Shown: piece by piece, positions 42,901-53,103 of the stretch | Layout: each line of letters opens with the position of its first letter | Numbering within the stretch: position 1 is the first letter of the stretch | From: Histomonas meleagridis 2922-C6/04-290x | Lineage: Eukaryota > Protista > Parabasalia | Assembly: GCA_020184695.1 (NCBI GenBank) | Contig: JAANOX010000245.1 | Coordinates: forward strand, 310,001 to 374,000 | Length of the DNA stretch: 64,000 nucleotides | Direction: 5' to 3' | Notes under the pieces: model-generated | Seen by the model: only the letters and a program-made list of their open reading frames with translations | Database searches by the model: none | Told to the model about the DNA's origin: nothing | Translations under genes and position numbers: made by a program

Positions 42901-45900
42901 CGATGCCTTTCTTCTTCTTCTTGTTGAATTCGTTCTTCTTCTTCACGTTTAACTCTTCTTTCTTCCTCTTCTTGAACTTTATCTTCTTCTTCTTTGAGAT
43001 GTTTTTCTTCGTCTTTTTCTTTTCGCTTTCGTTCTTCTTCTTCCTCTTTAATTCTTTCTTCTTCTTCTTTATGAAAACGCTCTTCTTTTTGATGAAGTCT
43101 CTCCTCTTCTTCTTTATGTAATAACTCTTCTTCTTTTCTCTTTGTTTCTTCTTCCTGTTTTAATTGTTCTTCTCTATCTCTTCGTTTGCGTTCTTCTTCT
43201 TCGTTGTTGAGAAGATCTTCATATTCTTTGATTTGTTCTTCATATTCTTCATGTTGTTTTCGATATTCTTGTTCTCTTCCTTTCTCTTCTTCAATTTCTC
43301 GTTGTTCATTTTCTTTACTTTCAATCATTTTGATCGAATTTTCTTCATCTCGTTGTTTCTTCTCTTGTTCATTTTCCTTATCCAATTCTGTTTCTTCTTT
43401 ATGTCGTGTTTCTTCTTCTTGAAGTTCTTTAGCATGTTTTTCTCGCGTTATTCGTTCTTCTTCTGCTAATTTCGCTTTATATTCTTCATACTTTAATTCA
43501 TGTTCACGGGTTTGTCGGTCTCGTTCTTCTTCTTCTTTCCTTATTCGTTCTTCTTCTTCTTTACGATCACGTTCTTCCATTTCGTTCTTTAATTTTTCTT
43601 CTAATTCTTTACGTATTCTCTCTGCTTCCTCCCGACGAAGTCGTTCTTCCTCTTCTTTCTTAAGTCTCTCTTCTTCTTCTTTCCTCAATCTTTCTTCTTC
43701 TTCTTTCCTCAGTCTTTCTTCTTCTTCTTTCCTCAGTCTTTCTTCTTCTTCTTTACGTAATCTTTCTTCTTCTTCTTCTTTCCTCAGTCTTTCTTCTTCT
43801 TTCCTCAATCTTTCTTCTTCTTCTTTCCTCAATCTTTCTTCTTCTTCTTTTCTTAGACGTTCTTCCTCTTCTTTCTTAAGTCTTTCTTCCTCCTCTTTAC
43901 GTAATCTCTCTTCTTCTTCTTTCCTCAATCTTTCTTCTTCTTCTTTCCTCAATCTTTCTTCCTCCTCTTTACGTAATCTCTCTTCTTCTTTCTTAAGTCT
44001 TTCTTCTTCCTCTTTACGTAATCTCTCTTCTTCTTCTTTCCTTAATCTTTCCTCTTCCTCCTTACGCAATCGTTCTTCCTCTTCTTTCCTTAATCTTTCT
44101 TCCTCTTCTTTACGCAATCGTTCTTCTTCCTCCTTACGTAATCGTTCTTCTTCTTCTTTCCTTAGTCTTTCTTCCTCTTCTTTCCTTAATCTTTCTTCTT
44201 CTTCTTTCCTTAGTCTTTCTTCCTCTTCTTTCCTTAATCTTTCTTCCTCTTCTTTCCTTAGTCTTTCCTCCTCTTCTTTACGTAATCGTTCTTCTTCCTC
44301 TTTTCTTAGACGTTCTTCTTCCTCTTTCTTTAGTCGTTTCTCTTCTTCCTTATTTAGGATTTCTCTTTCCTCATTTCGGAGACGTTCTTCTTCGTTATTT
44401 AACATTTCTTCTTCTTTCGCTTTAAGTTTACTCATTTCTTCTTCAAGTCGTCGTTCTTCTCCTTCTTTCCGTCGTCCTTCTTCTTCTTCGTTACGATGCC
44501 TTTCTTCTTCTTCTTGTTGAATTCGTTCTTCTTCTTCACGTTTAACTCTTCTTTCTTCCTCTTCTTGAACTTTATCTTCTTCTTCTTTGAGATGTTTTTC
44601 TTCGTCTTTTTCTTTTCGCTTTCGTTCTTCTTCTTCCTCTTTAATTCTTTCTTCTTCTTCTTTATGTAAACGCTCTTCTTCATCTTTTCTTATCATTTCT
44701 ACTTCTTTACTTTGTATCTCTTTATCTTCTTTTCTTCTTCTTTCATCATTTTCTTTATTTAATTTTTCTTCCTCATCTCTCATGAAAATTTCTTTCTCAT
44801 TTCTCAATTTTTCTTCTCCTTCTTTCCTTAATCTTTCTTCATCTTCTTCTTTTCTTATCATTTCTTCTTCGAATTTTAATTTTTCTTCTGCTTCTCTTCG
44901 CTTTCTTTCTTCATCATCCTTCGTCAATGTATCTTCTTCATCTTTACGCTTTCTTTCTTCCTCTTCTTGTATCAATCTTTTCTGCTCTTCTTCCTGTTTT
45001 AATTGTTCTTCTCTATCTCTTCGTTTGCGTTCTTCTTCTTCGTTGTTGAGAAGATCTTCATATTCTTTGATTTGTTCTTCATATTCTTCATGTTGTTTTC
45101 GATATTCTTGTTCTCTTCCTTTCTCTTCTTCAATTTCTCGTTGTTCATTTTCTTTACTTTCAATCATTTTGATCGAATTTTCTTCATCTCGTTGTTTCTT
45201 CTCTTGTTCATTTTCCTTATCCAATTCTGTTTCTTCTTTATGTCGTGTTTCTTCTTCTTGAAGTTCTTTAGCATGTTTTTCTCGCGTTATTCGTTCTTCT
45301 TCTGCTAATTTCGCTTTATATTCTTCATACTTTAATTCATGTTCACGGGTTTGTCGGTCTCGTTCTTCTTCTTCTTTCCTTATTCGTTCTTCTTCTTCTT
45401 TACGATCACGTTCTTCCATTTCGTTCTTTAATTTTTCTTCTAATTCTTTACGTATTCTCTCTGCTTCCTCCCGACGAAGTCGTTCTTCCTCTTCTTTCTT
45501 AAGTCTCTCTTCTTCTTCTTTCCTCAATCTTTCTTCTTCTTCTTTCCTCAGTCTTTCTTCTTCTTCTTTCCTCAGTCTTTCTTCTTCTTCTTTCCTCAGT
45601 CTTTCTTCTTCTTTCCTCAATCTTTCTTCTTCTTCTTTCCTAAGTCTTTCCTCTTCTTCTTTCCTTAATCTTTCTTCCTCCTCTTTTCTTAGTCGTTCTT
45701 CCTCCTCTTTTCTAAGTCTCTCTTCCTCCTCTTTCTTAATACGTTCTTCTTCCTCTTTACGTAGCCTTTCTTCCTCTTCCTTCTTGAGTCGTTCCTCTTC
45801 TTCTTTTCTTAGATCCTCTTCACCATGATCAATCTCAACTGATTTTTCGATAATTTGAGGTTCACTTTCTGATTCCTTCTCTTCTATTTCAGATCTTGTT

Positions 45901-47846
45901 TCAGCTTCTTCATTTTCTGATTCTGATTCAGACGATTTCTCTTTTTCTGATTCAGATTCTTTTTCTTCGTTTTCTGAATCAGATGTTGACTTCTCTTTTT
46001 CAGAAGATTCGGATTTCTCTGATTCTGTTTTCTCTTCATCTGATTCTTTCTCTTCATTTTCGGATTCAGACTTCTCTTTATCTGATGTCGATTCTTTTTC
46101 GGATTTCTCTTCATCTGATTCTTTTACTTCATTTTCGGAGTCAGATGTTGACTTCTCTTTTTCGGATTCAGATTTCTCAGATTCTTTTTCTTCATTTTCT
46201 GATTCTGCTTCGGATTTTTCTTCGTCTGATTCTTTTTCTTCATTTTCTTTTTCTGATTCAGATTTCTTTTTATCTGATTCGGACTCCTTTTCTTCATTTT
46301 CATTTTCTGATTCTGACTTTTCTTTTTCTGATGTTGATTCTTTTTCAGATTCAGATTTTTCTTCGTCTGATTCGGACTCTTTTTCTTCATTTTCTGACTT
46401 TTCCTTGTCTGATTCAGATTCTTTTTCTTCATTTTCTTTTTCAGCTTCAGATTTCTCTTTATCAGATTCTGACTCTTTTTCTTCATTTTCAGATTTCTCT
46501 TTGTCTGATTCTGATTCATTTTCTTCATTTTCTTTTTCATATTCAGATTCTTTTTCTTCATTTTCTGATTTCTCTTTATCTGATGTTGACTCTTTCTCTG
46601 ATTCAGATTCTTTTTCTTCGTTTTCGTTTTCTGATTCAGATTTCTCTTTCTCTGATTCTGAATCAGATTTCTTAACCCTTTTCCTTCTTTTTCTTCTTTG
46701 CTTTTTTCGCAACTTTTTCTCTTCTTCTTTTCTATGTCTTTCCATGTCTTCTCTCTTTAACTCTTCTTCTTTCATTTGCAACTTTTCCTCCTTCTGTTGT
46801 AATCTCTCTTTTTCCATTTTCAATCTTTCTTCCTCTAACTTCAGCCTGTATTGTTCTTCAAGCCTTAATCTTTCTTCTTCTTCCTTACGTTCCTTTTCTT
46901 CTTTCTTCTTTCTTTTATGCTTTTCTTTTCCTTTTTTCAGCTTCTCTTTCTTTTTCTTAATTTTTTCGTCTTCTTTTCTCAATCTTTCTTCTTCGTTCTT
47001 TAATCTTTCCTCTTCTTTTCTTCTCTTTTCTTCTTCCTCTTCTTTTTGTTTTCTTTCTTCCTCTTCTTTTCTCTTTTTCTCTTCTTCCTCCTTTCGCTTT
47101 CTTTCTTCTTCTTCTTCTTTAACAGCTTTCTCGTCAATTATATCAATAACATCAATACTCGCATTTCGCGATTGATGTTTACTTGAATGTTTTTTCTTTT
47201 TATGTTTTTTACCACTTTTATTACTCATAGATTCTGATGTGGAATCGGCATTTTCATCATGTTTATGATGCCTTTTCTTTTTGTGTTTACTTTTTTGTTG
47301 CTCATTTAATGGTTCATCAAATGAAATTGCTTCTGAAACATCCCATGCAGAAAGTGGAATATGCGCTTCAGGACGTCCAATAAATGAAATATCATCCATA
47401 TCGGCTTGATCAACATTGGCTTCTTCTCCGATGGCAACAAGTTGATAAGATGTATATAAAAGTGGAGGAACTGATCTGCCACTTTCCATTTCTCTGGAAA
47501 CATAATTGACATTCTTCATCCCATAAAATGGTGCTATATCTATATTCAGTTTCCCGTAAATTTTTTTCTTCTTACCTTTGTTTAATGGAACATACCGCTT
47601 TAATGTATATGTAACTAATTTTGGACGAACAGATCCATTTGATTTGTTAACATACATAGTACATGGACATTCGAATTTTGCGTTAAAGAGTAGTTTGTTT
47701 TCTTTTGATGATGATATCTCTTCTGTCATTCCTTTTGATTCACCTCGTTCCCATTTTAGTATAAATTTGCTATCATTTTTTGTTCTTAAATCAACATATA
47801 TTACCGAGAAATGAAGAGTTGCTTTAACTTTTTTCCACTTATTCAT
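39942..47846 (-). CDS. 2634-aa protein: N-terminal NT-C2-like domain, Ser/Glu repeats, giant ER/K single-alpha-helix region, C-terminal Dilute-like domain
   Basis: N-terminal beta-rich C2-like segment (LKWERG, FECPCTMY), (KEEEERLR)n repeats, and a helical C-terminus resembling DIL (RFCMSNAIIWNSFL...ISPSLPNEIVLFMISKYKRD). Confidence 0.82.
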   Translation of the reverse strand: MNKWKKVKATLHFSVIYVDLRTKNDSKFILKWERGESKGMTEEISSSKENKLLFNAKFECPCTMYVNKSNGSVRPKLVTYTLKRYVPLNKGKKKKIYGKLNIDIAPFYGMKNVNYVSREMESGRSVPPLLYTSYQLVAIGEEANVDQADMDDISFIGRPEAHIPLSAWDVSEAISFDEPLNEQQKSKHKKKRHHKHDENADSTSESMSNKSGKKHKKKKHSSKHQSRNASIDVIDIIDEKAVKEEEEERKRKEEEEKKRKEEEERKQKEEEEEKRRKEEERLKNEEERLRKEDEKIKKKKEKLKKGKEKHKRKKKEEKERKEEEERLRLEEQYRLKLEEERLKMEKERLQQKEEKLQMKEEELKREDMERHRKEEEKKLRKKQRRKRRKRVKKSDSESEKEKSESENENEEKESESEKESTSDKEKSENEEKESEYEKENEENESESDKEKSENEEKESESDKEKSEAEKENEEKESESDKEKSENEEKESESDEEKSESEKESTSEKEKSESENENEEKESESDKKKSESEKENEEKESDEEKSEAESENEEKESEKSESEKEKSTSDSENEVKESDEEKSEKESTSDKEKSESENEEKESDEEKTESEKSESSEKEKSTSDSENEEKESESEKEKSSESESENEEAETRSEIEEKESESEPQIIEKSVEIDHGEEDLRKEEEERLKKEEEERLRKEEEERIKKEEEERLRKEEEERLRKEEEERLRKEEEERLRKEEEERLRKEEERLRKEEEERLRKEEEERLRKEEEERLRKEEEERLKKEEEERLRREEAERIRKELEEKLKNEMEERDRKEEEERIRKEEEERDRQTREHELKYEEYKAKLAEEERITREKHAKELQEEETRHKEETELDKENEQEKKQRDEENSIKMIESKENEQREIEEEKGREQEYRKQHEEYEEQIKEYEDLLNNEEEERKRRDREEQLKQEEEQKRLIQEEEERKRKDEEDTLTKDDEERKRREAEEKLKFEEEMIRKEEDEERLRKEGEEKLRNEKEIFMRDEEEKLNKENDERRRKEDKEIQSKEVEMIRKDEEERLHKEEEERIKEEEEERKRKEKDEEKHLKEEEDKVQEEEERRVKREEEERIQQEEEERHRNEEEEGRRKEGEERRLEEEMSKLKAKEEEMLNNEEERLRNEEREILNKEEEKRLKKEEEERLRKEEEERLRKEEEERLRKEEEERLRKEEEERLRKEEEERLRKEEEERLRKEEEERLRKEEEERLRKEEEERLRKEEEERLRKEEEERLRKEEEERLRKEEEERLKKEEERLRKEEEERLRKEEEERLRKEEEERLRKEEEERLKKEEEERLRKEEEERLRKEEEERLRKEEERLRKEEEEERLRKEEEERLRKEEEERLRKEEEERLRKEEEERLKKEEEERLRREEAERIRKELEEKLKNEMEERDRKEEEERIRKEEEERDRQTREHELKYEEYKAKLAEEERITREKHAKELQEEETRHKEETELDKENEQEKKQRDEENSIKMIESKENEQREIEEEKGREQEYRKQHEEYEEQIKEYEDLLNNEEEERKRRDREEQLKQEEETKRKEEELLHKEEEERLHQKEERFHKEEEERIKEEEEERKRKEKDEEKHLKEEEDKVQEEEERRVKREEEERIQQEEEERHRNEEEEGRRKEGEERRLEEEMSKLKAKEEEMLNNEEERLRNEEREILNKEEEKRLKKEEEERLRKEEEERLRKEEEERLRKEEEERLRKEEEERLRKEEEERLRKEEEERLRKEEEERLRKEEEERLRKEEEERLREEEEERLRKEEEERLRKEEEERLRKEEEERLRKEEEERLRKEEEERLRKEEEERLRKEEEERLRKEEEERLRKEEEERLRKEEEERLRKEEEERLRKEEEERLRKEEEERLRKEEEERLRKEEEERLRKEEEERLRKEEEERLRKEEEERLRKEEEERLRKEEEERLRKEEEERLRKEEEERLRKEEEERLRKEEEERLRKEEEERLRKEEEERLRKEEEERLRKEEEERLRKEEEERLRKEEEERLRKEEEERLRKEEEERLRKEEEERLRKEEEERLRKEEEERLRKEEEERLRKEEEERLRKEEEERLRKEEEERLRKEEEERLRKEEEERLRKEEEERLREEEEERLRKEEEERLRKEEEERLRKEEEERLRKEEEERLRKEEEERLRKEEERLRKEEEERLRKEEEERLRKEEEERLRKEEEERLRKEEEEIKEQDEPHASEKELVARDTTISDSNKAKSESSESDSSYSGSESYSDRTHATRHSSSSGSSYSSDVSDSDSEFNTQERKQMEAYLRISPELLIHDVLTREWPTLTSPPILARNFVSTRYVFPIFSTLIESKIFKEESEHFESTLAVFVSDFPKIPGSTFKDRFTTVVVLIELTQHYAPIYEFYPKRVSKFLKNLYYIHDTMLSTLLAPCIARTEFLINRFSTATFEFYSLLVDFLAVLEQNKQVMSFPEPIFYYLMREYLKKFDIMLANKIITNPERFCMSNAIIWNSFLSAFENDARLSLPLTREVVSSLVMISNICDNPQLKDSISPSLPNEIVLFMISKYKRDREMNKKLNPNKFKKHYKLKKSQYIIEEFKFPQVEKFRIDDFIPDNWCKISQDEKCLKYYWFMPEYVKKD
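41190..42720 (-). repeat. 24-nt tandem repeat encoding KEEEERLR (about 60 copies)
   Basis: Near-perfect protein repeat with synonymous DNA variants. Confidence 0.92.
45890..46670 (-). repeat. Low-complexity repeats encoding SESE/NEEKE
   Basis: Degenerate TCAGAATCAGAA/GAAAATGAAGAAAAAGAA units. Confidence 0.8.
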
Positions 47847-48130
47847 TAAACCCCAACAAAAAAAACCGGCCTATCGTTTTTGAATAAAGAAAAATTGACA
47901 GTATTGTCAATAGAAAAAGTGAAAAATTTGAATTTAAATTTAAAAAAAACGATGGTGTTTTCTGTATCGCCGATGAACTCTGGTTATTTTGGAATAATTT
48001 CACCAAATTTATTTCATCCGTAAAAATTGATATTTTTTTAAAAAATAGTTGATGCTTTAAATTTTTAAAGTCGAAAAGGTATAAAAAATTCATGTATACG
48101 ATTTACTTTTCATTTTTATTAAAACAATTA

Positions 48131-49474
48131 CTATGATATTTCACACAATTTATTCGTTTTCTTTTCTTGATTTCTATCAAGTATATTACTTGTCATTTCT
48201 AACAATGTTGAAATTTTCTTTTCAGGTGTTGGTGGCTTAAATACAAGCAACGATTCTGACGTATCGTCGCCTCTTTCAAATTTACAATACACAAAGAAAT
48301 CGTTACTGTCGGGGAACCCCAAAGTGGCTGACTTGTCAAATGTAACCGTCCTTTCATGTGCGTTGATGCAGTCAAAATCGATAACTTTTTTCGATGCTGC
48401 ATCAATTTCATTACAATTAAATCCCATAACTTGTTGATTTGGACTATTTGTAAAGTGTGTAAATGATACGTTTTCAATTCCAGGTGGATTGATTATATAC
48501 ATGGAATTAATTACTTCTTTAATTTTTACCATTTTCCTTGGAATACTGAGCAAAAGTTGTTCGTTAACGCTTAAGCTCTCTGGCATTGTTAGTACGATTT
48601 TGAAAATTCGAAGTTTAAATGCGATAATGAAATGTGTTTTCCCGCCATAATAAATTGGATACTGAAATACAGATCGAAGGCCATTACGATCAATATATAA
48701 CCCAACAATCCATGACAATTTATTTGGATTAGGTACAACATTTGGTAAATATAAAAGTTTAAATCGCTTTCGAATTGCATATGAAAGTGCCCTAGTAACA
48801 CTATTACTATACGTAGAATATATAACAGATCGTTTTTGGAAAATGGCAATGCCTTCAATTATATCATGATTATCTTCAATAAATGAACGACATGCTGTTT
48901 CCAGGGTATCACGTCCTTTGAACATAACAGGTTGATGCATGATGGAGTTATATTCGTAGGAAAAGTCTAGATGTGTCCAATTTACAGATCCAACAATACA
49001 GTCAAAAGCAAGTGGGATATTGTGAATAACAGAATTGAGTTGTGGTTCGACAACGTTAGCAATAGAATCTTCGGAGGTATGGTCTGATGTGGATGGATCA
49101 ATGTATGAAGGTGGCAAAGGTGGAAGTTCAACAAAAAAATGAGAAAACATAATGCGGCAATAACGGAGAATTGAATGAAGAATGAATCGATCGTTACTAG
49201 TGCGGGATTCGATGGAAACACCCATCCATATTGGTCCATACAAACAAAGTAAACTACATTCATGGAGGCTTGTTGAAATGTAGTCGCACTCAGCTTGTGG
49301 TTTGAATTTCTGACAGAATCCTAAAAAAGTCATGTATATTCCTGTTTGATTAAGAAGAGAATTAGAATCTTTTTCACCTTTAGACCAATATGTTATTGGA
49401 GGGCTGCCTTCTTCCTCTGGATTTCTTATGTCGAAAACAATGAAACTTTTTAATTTGGACCCGCTTTCCTTCAT
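48131..49474 (-). CDS. CCZ1: CCZ1-like longin-domain protein
   Basis: The N-terminal FIVFD...EEG...ITYW...NQTG...F..F...WMGVSI pattern matches the CCZ1 first longin domain. Confidence 0.58.
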   Translation of the reverse strand: MKESGSKLKSFIVFDIRNPEEEGSPPITYWSKGEKDSNSLLNQTGIYMTFLGFCQKFKPQAECDYISTSLHECSLLCLYGPIWMGVSIESRTSNDRFILHSILRYCRIMFSHFFVELPPLPPSYIDPSTSDHTSEDSIANVVEPQLNSVIHNIPLAFDCIVGSVNWTHLDFSYEYNSIMHQPVMFKGRDTLETACRSFIEDNHDIIEGIAIFQKRSVIYSTYSNSVTRALSYAIRKRFKLLYLPNVVPNPNKLSWIVGLYIDRNGLRSVFQYPIYYGGKTHFIIAFKLRIFKIVLTMPESLSVNEQLLLSIPRKMVKIKEVINSMYIINPPGIENVSFTHFTNSPNQQVMGFNCNEIDAASKKVIDFDCINAHERTVTFDKSATLGFPDSNDFFVYCKFERGDDTSESLLVFKPPTPEKKISTLLEMTSNILDRNQEKKTNKLCEIS

Positions 49475-49732
49475 TTAAAAAACGATGGATAAACATTGAA
49501 ATTATAAAAAAACAAACAAGTAAAGTATGCAATTATGTCAATTTTTGGAAAAACTAAAAATGAATTTTTCTTCGCTATTTAATAAAATTATGGTGAACGC
49601 TTATGTTAAAACAGTTTAATTTTGATTGTTATCAATAAAAAATGTTGGTATCATGACGAGTACAATTTATAATAAAAGATCTCCAATTAAAAATTTTCTT
49701 GTGAACTTTTATCGGAGCCCGCCGTTTTTGGG

Positions 49733-50209
49733 GTGCCTCATAACAATACGTTTGGCTTCACTTTCATTAATACCAAAAAATTGGATTCTGATATCCCATT
49801 AATTTCCCTTCCAAAACAAAAAATTAGCATTCTTAATAGTTGTGTTAGCCCCAGGTTTTACATTTATATCGAAAACTATGCTATGAATTCTACCAATAAA
49901 TTTATTTTTTATACAATAGATGTAGGAATTCAAAAAGGGCAAATAATTCATTCCCATAAAATCTTTAGACGCTTTTCTCAAATAAAAAAGTTTGATCAGC
50001 AGCTGAGGCAGAGTTATCTTATTTCTCAATATTTAAAACAATTTCCTCCAAAAAAAATCATTAATAACAAAAGCAAAAATTTCCTTGAAGAAAGGTTTCA
50101 TGATCTTCAGGCATATTTTTCTTCACTTGTTCTTATTCCAAATATCCTGTTTAATTTTCTCTTTCAACAATTTTTCGAAGTAAATCGTTCATACACTTCA
50201 TCAATATAG
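49733..50209 (+). CDS. PX (phox) domain protein; start uncertain
   Basis: FYTIDV...RRFSQIKKFDQQL...FPPKK...FLEERxxxLQAYF. The track start is GTG; the first ATG (49883) would lose the first strand. Confidence 0.75.
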   Translation: MPHNNTFGFTFINTKKLDSDIPLISLPKQKISILNSCVSPRFYIYIENYAMNSTNKFIFYTIDVGIQKGQIIHSHKIFRRFSQIKKFDQQLRQSYLISQYLKQFPPKKIINNKSKNFLEERFHDLQAYFSSLVLIPNILFNFLFQQFFEVNRSYTSSI

Positions 50210-50479
50210 ATACTGTAACGCGTATGTTGTAAGTTATTAACTTAAAATACAAAGTACTTAATTTGTTTAAGTAAACTATGTTTCTATTTCTAATTACTAT
50301 TTACAAAGAACTGATTTTTTCCCAAAGTACATCCTCACAATGCTTCTTCGGAACTATTTTCGAAGATAAAAAACTTCAAAACATAATTCAATACGTTACA
50401 CCATTAACGTTTTCTTTCATCAAATTGAATAAATTAATAAAATCTATAAAAACTTTATTAAATCAAACATTTCTTATCA

Positions 50480-52525
50480 TTATTCCTCGCTCTGTTCGTT
50501 TTGTTGTTCCAATAACTTCCTTCTCAACTCCATCTCTTCCTTAAAGTTTTGCTTCTTTTCAACTAATGCTTTTCTCATTTCCGTAACTTCTTTCTCCATT
50601 TCATCAAGCGCAGCATCATCAATGTTTTCCATATTTTGCATTTGTTCCTTAACATCATTTATTTCCCTTATTATCTCAGAACGTTTTGTTGCTAAAAGAC
50701 GTAACTCATCAAATTCCTTCGTGTATCGCTCTTCTTGTGAATTTACTTGTATTGTAAGTGCATCGACATCGCTTATTATTTGTGAAAGTGATTCATCAAC
50801 TTGTTCTTCCTCTTCGCTTGAATACTTTTGTTGAAGTAATTCAAGTTTATTGGAAAGTTGATTGATTTCTTCAAGAAGAACAGATCGTTCATATTGTGTT
50901 GGATCTAAAAGTTCATCAATGATTGATAATATATGGCCGGTATTAATGTTCTCACGTGGTTGTGAAACAGGAACTTTTCCGACTGTTGGAATTGGAGGTG
51001 TGTCTAAAGATGTCATCGTTCTGAGTAAAGTATTCAACTGTCCCGACCGAGTATGAATTGAATTGTTGAATTCGTTATTTTCACTTTCGGATAGAATGGA
51101 ATCGATTGAAGATTGTTGTGGGGATTCATCCTCAAAGTGAGGGATGGTTAGAGAGATTTGCGGTGTACTAAGAGATGCTTGAAGTTCATCAGGCATCTTG
51201 GATAAGAATATCTGCTTGAAATGAGTGATTTCGGGTGATTCTGTATGTCCTCGTTCATGTATTGGAGTTAGCTTTTGTGGGGTAAGAGTTAGGTCTGGTT
51301 CAAAATCTGAAAAATCAATTTCTGATTGGGTGATTGAAAGAGCTTCGCAATGTGTAGAAGCAAGTGATTGCAAAATCTGTAGAGGAATCATTTGGGAAGT
51401 CCTTTGTGTGAGTTCTTGAAGTTTACAAGAAAGTTCTATTAAAGAAGAATTTTGGATTGATTTTTGCGTATATTGTGGCTTAGTAGGAATTGAAAATTCA
51501 GGGAAAGATAAGTCTTGTTCAGCAAGCTTGTGGAGTGATTCTGAAAGAGATGAATATTGATTGGATGAATTAAGATACTCACATAATGAGGTGAACTGCT
51601 CCGATATGGATTCGAGAGGATTTTGATCGTTCGTGGGGTGGGGTATGACGATAGGAGAAATTTGGAAAATTTTGGACATTAGTTTCAAACGATCTTGGAT
51701 CTGTTGTTCATATAAATAAACATCATCTTCTGTTATTGGATTAGAGAGAAGTGTATCTTTTAAGGATGTAAAAAAATCGAGTTGTGCTGAATACAATGAA
51801 TTTGAAATAAATTCATGAGATTGAAGAACACTAACAATCTTTTCTATCTCTAGTTGGAGTTGTTGAACTTTTGATCGAGGTGGATTAAATGGGATAATAT
51901 TATTAGCTATTTGAATTTGTTGTTGTGGATCAGAAAAATTTATGCTCGATAACTTGCAGAAAGAATCTGGTTCAAATGGTGGTCCTCCAGAGTAATCATT
52001 GATAAGAGATGAAAGTGATTCATCATTTTCCCATTGACCATCAACTTCTTTTAAAATTGTAATTTCCTTCTCTATTTCCGATTTCATTGTGCATAGTTTT
52101 TTTGCAGTTTTTTCAAGTTCGTTTAGGTTTGGGACATTATACTCATTTGATATTGTTTGAACTATCTCTTCAAATTTTTGATTGATTTCTGCTTCTTGCT
52201 GCTCTGTTAAATTTGCTTCATTTGAGTTTTGGAACTCTGCATTGGATTCTTCGAAAATGTTAATTAATTTTGTTAATTGCTCTGTTTGTTCATCATATTG
52301 TTTTCTTTCCCATGCTTTTTGTGTTATTTTCTGATGCATATCGTAATTTTGCTTTTGCAAAACCTTAATTTGATTTTTTAGTTGAGATACTTCTTGTTTA
52401 ATATTTTTAATTTGATCAGATTTCCCTTCTATTTCTTGTATTTGTGCATATATTTTGTTAGCATTATTTACTACATCTGAATGAATACGCCGGATGATTT
52501 CATACTGGTTTTGTCCAGTATCCAT
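50480..52525 (-). CDS. Coiled-coil hypothetical protein
   Basis: Long ORF with coiled-coil N- and C-termini; first ATG at 52525. Confidence 0.7.
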   Translation of the reverse strand: MDTGQNQYEIIRRIHSDVVNNANKIYAQIQEIEGKSDQIKNIKQEVSQLKNQIKVLQKQNYDMHQKITQKAWERKQYDEQTEQLTKLINIFEESNAEFQNSNEANLTEQQEAEINQKFEEIVQTISNEYNVPNLNELEKTAKKLCTMKSEIEKEITILKEVDGQWENDESLSSLINDYSGGPPFEPDSFCKLSSINFSDPQQQIQIANNIIPFNPPRSKVQQLQLEIEKIVSVLQSHEFISNSLYSAQLDFFTSLKDTLLSNPITEDDVYLYEQQIQDRLKLMSKIFQISPIVIPHPTNDQNPLESISEQFTSLCEYLNSSNQYSSLSESLHKLAEQDLSFPEFSIPTKPQYTQKSIQNSSLIELSCKLQELTQRTSQMIPLQILQSLASTHCEALSITQSEIDFSDFEPDLTLTPQKLTPIHERGHTESPEITHFKQIFLSKMPDELQASLSTPQISLTIPHFEDESPQQSSIDSILSESENNEFNNSIHTRSGQLNTLLRTMTSLDTPPIPTVGKVPVSQPRENINTGHILSIIDELLDPTQYERSVLLEEINQLSNKLELLQQKYSSEEEEQVDESLSQIISDVDALTIQVNSQEERYTKEFDELRLLATKRSEIIREINDVKEQMQNMENIDDAALDEMEKEVTEMRKALVEKKQNFKEEMELRRKLLEQQNEQSEE

Positions 52526-52572
52526 TTCGACTATAGTAAAATAATTGACAGTCTCTGTGAATTTTATAATTA

Positions 52573-52791
52573 ATGAAACAAAATGCTGCTTCAAACCAAA
52601 AGAATTTAAAAGAAAGCCTTCTCAAAGAAAAAAGAGAAATTTTAATAAAGCTGAAAAAACTTGAAGAGGATGAACTTTTTCTTGACGAAGAAATGTATAA
52701 TGTTCTTTCACAAATTCAAGAGATAATTTTTCAAAATCCACCAAATGACAGTCTCTTCCTTCAAGAAGGTGAATCTTATGATGGTGATTAA
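52573..52791 (+). CDS. Small coiled-coil hypothetical protein (72 aa)
   Basis: ATG-initiated, E/K/L-rich, acidic tail; divergent from the preceding gene. Confidence 0.45.
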   Translation: MKQNAASNQKNLKESLLKEKREILIKLKKLEEDELFLDEEMYNVLSQIQEIIFQNPPNDSLFLQEGESYDGD

Positions 52792-53103
52792 AGCAAAACT
52801 CTGGATAATAACTTCTTAAATTACAATTTCAAATATGCATATTAATGATTATGAAATTCCGCGCTTTATCAGATTCACTTTAATGTAAAAAACTTAAAAA
52901 AAAAATAATAATAATTTGGTGAAAAAAATAATTAATTTTCAAATTGAAAAAATAATTCTTAAAAAGCACAAAAATACAGTTGTTGTTGCATAAGAGTTCC
53001 TCTATTTTTCCTTTTTTACAGTTGCGAACAATTTTTTTTCTGTTTTTGGATCGCTACACTGTCATTTTTATTTTAATTCAAATTATGTTGACATTTTGAT
53101 TTT

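Noticed and set aside
41104-42927. 607-aa Ser-rich ORF and similar ORFs (44587-45261, 46405-47175, 45896-46675)
   Set aside because: Antisense shadows of the Glu/Lys repeat gene.
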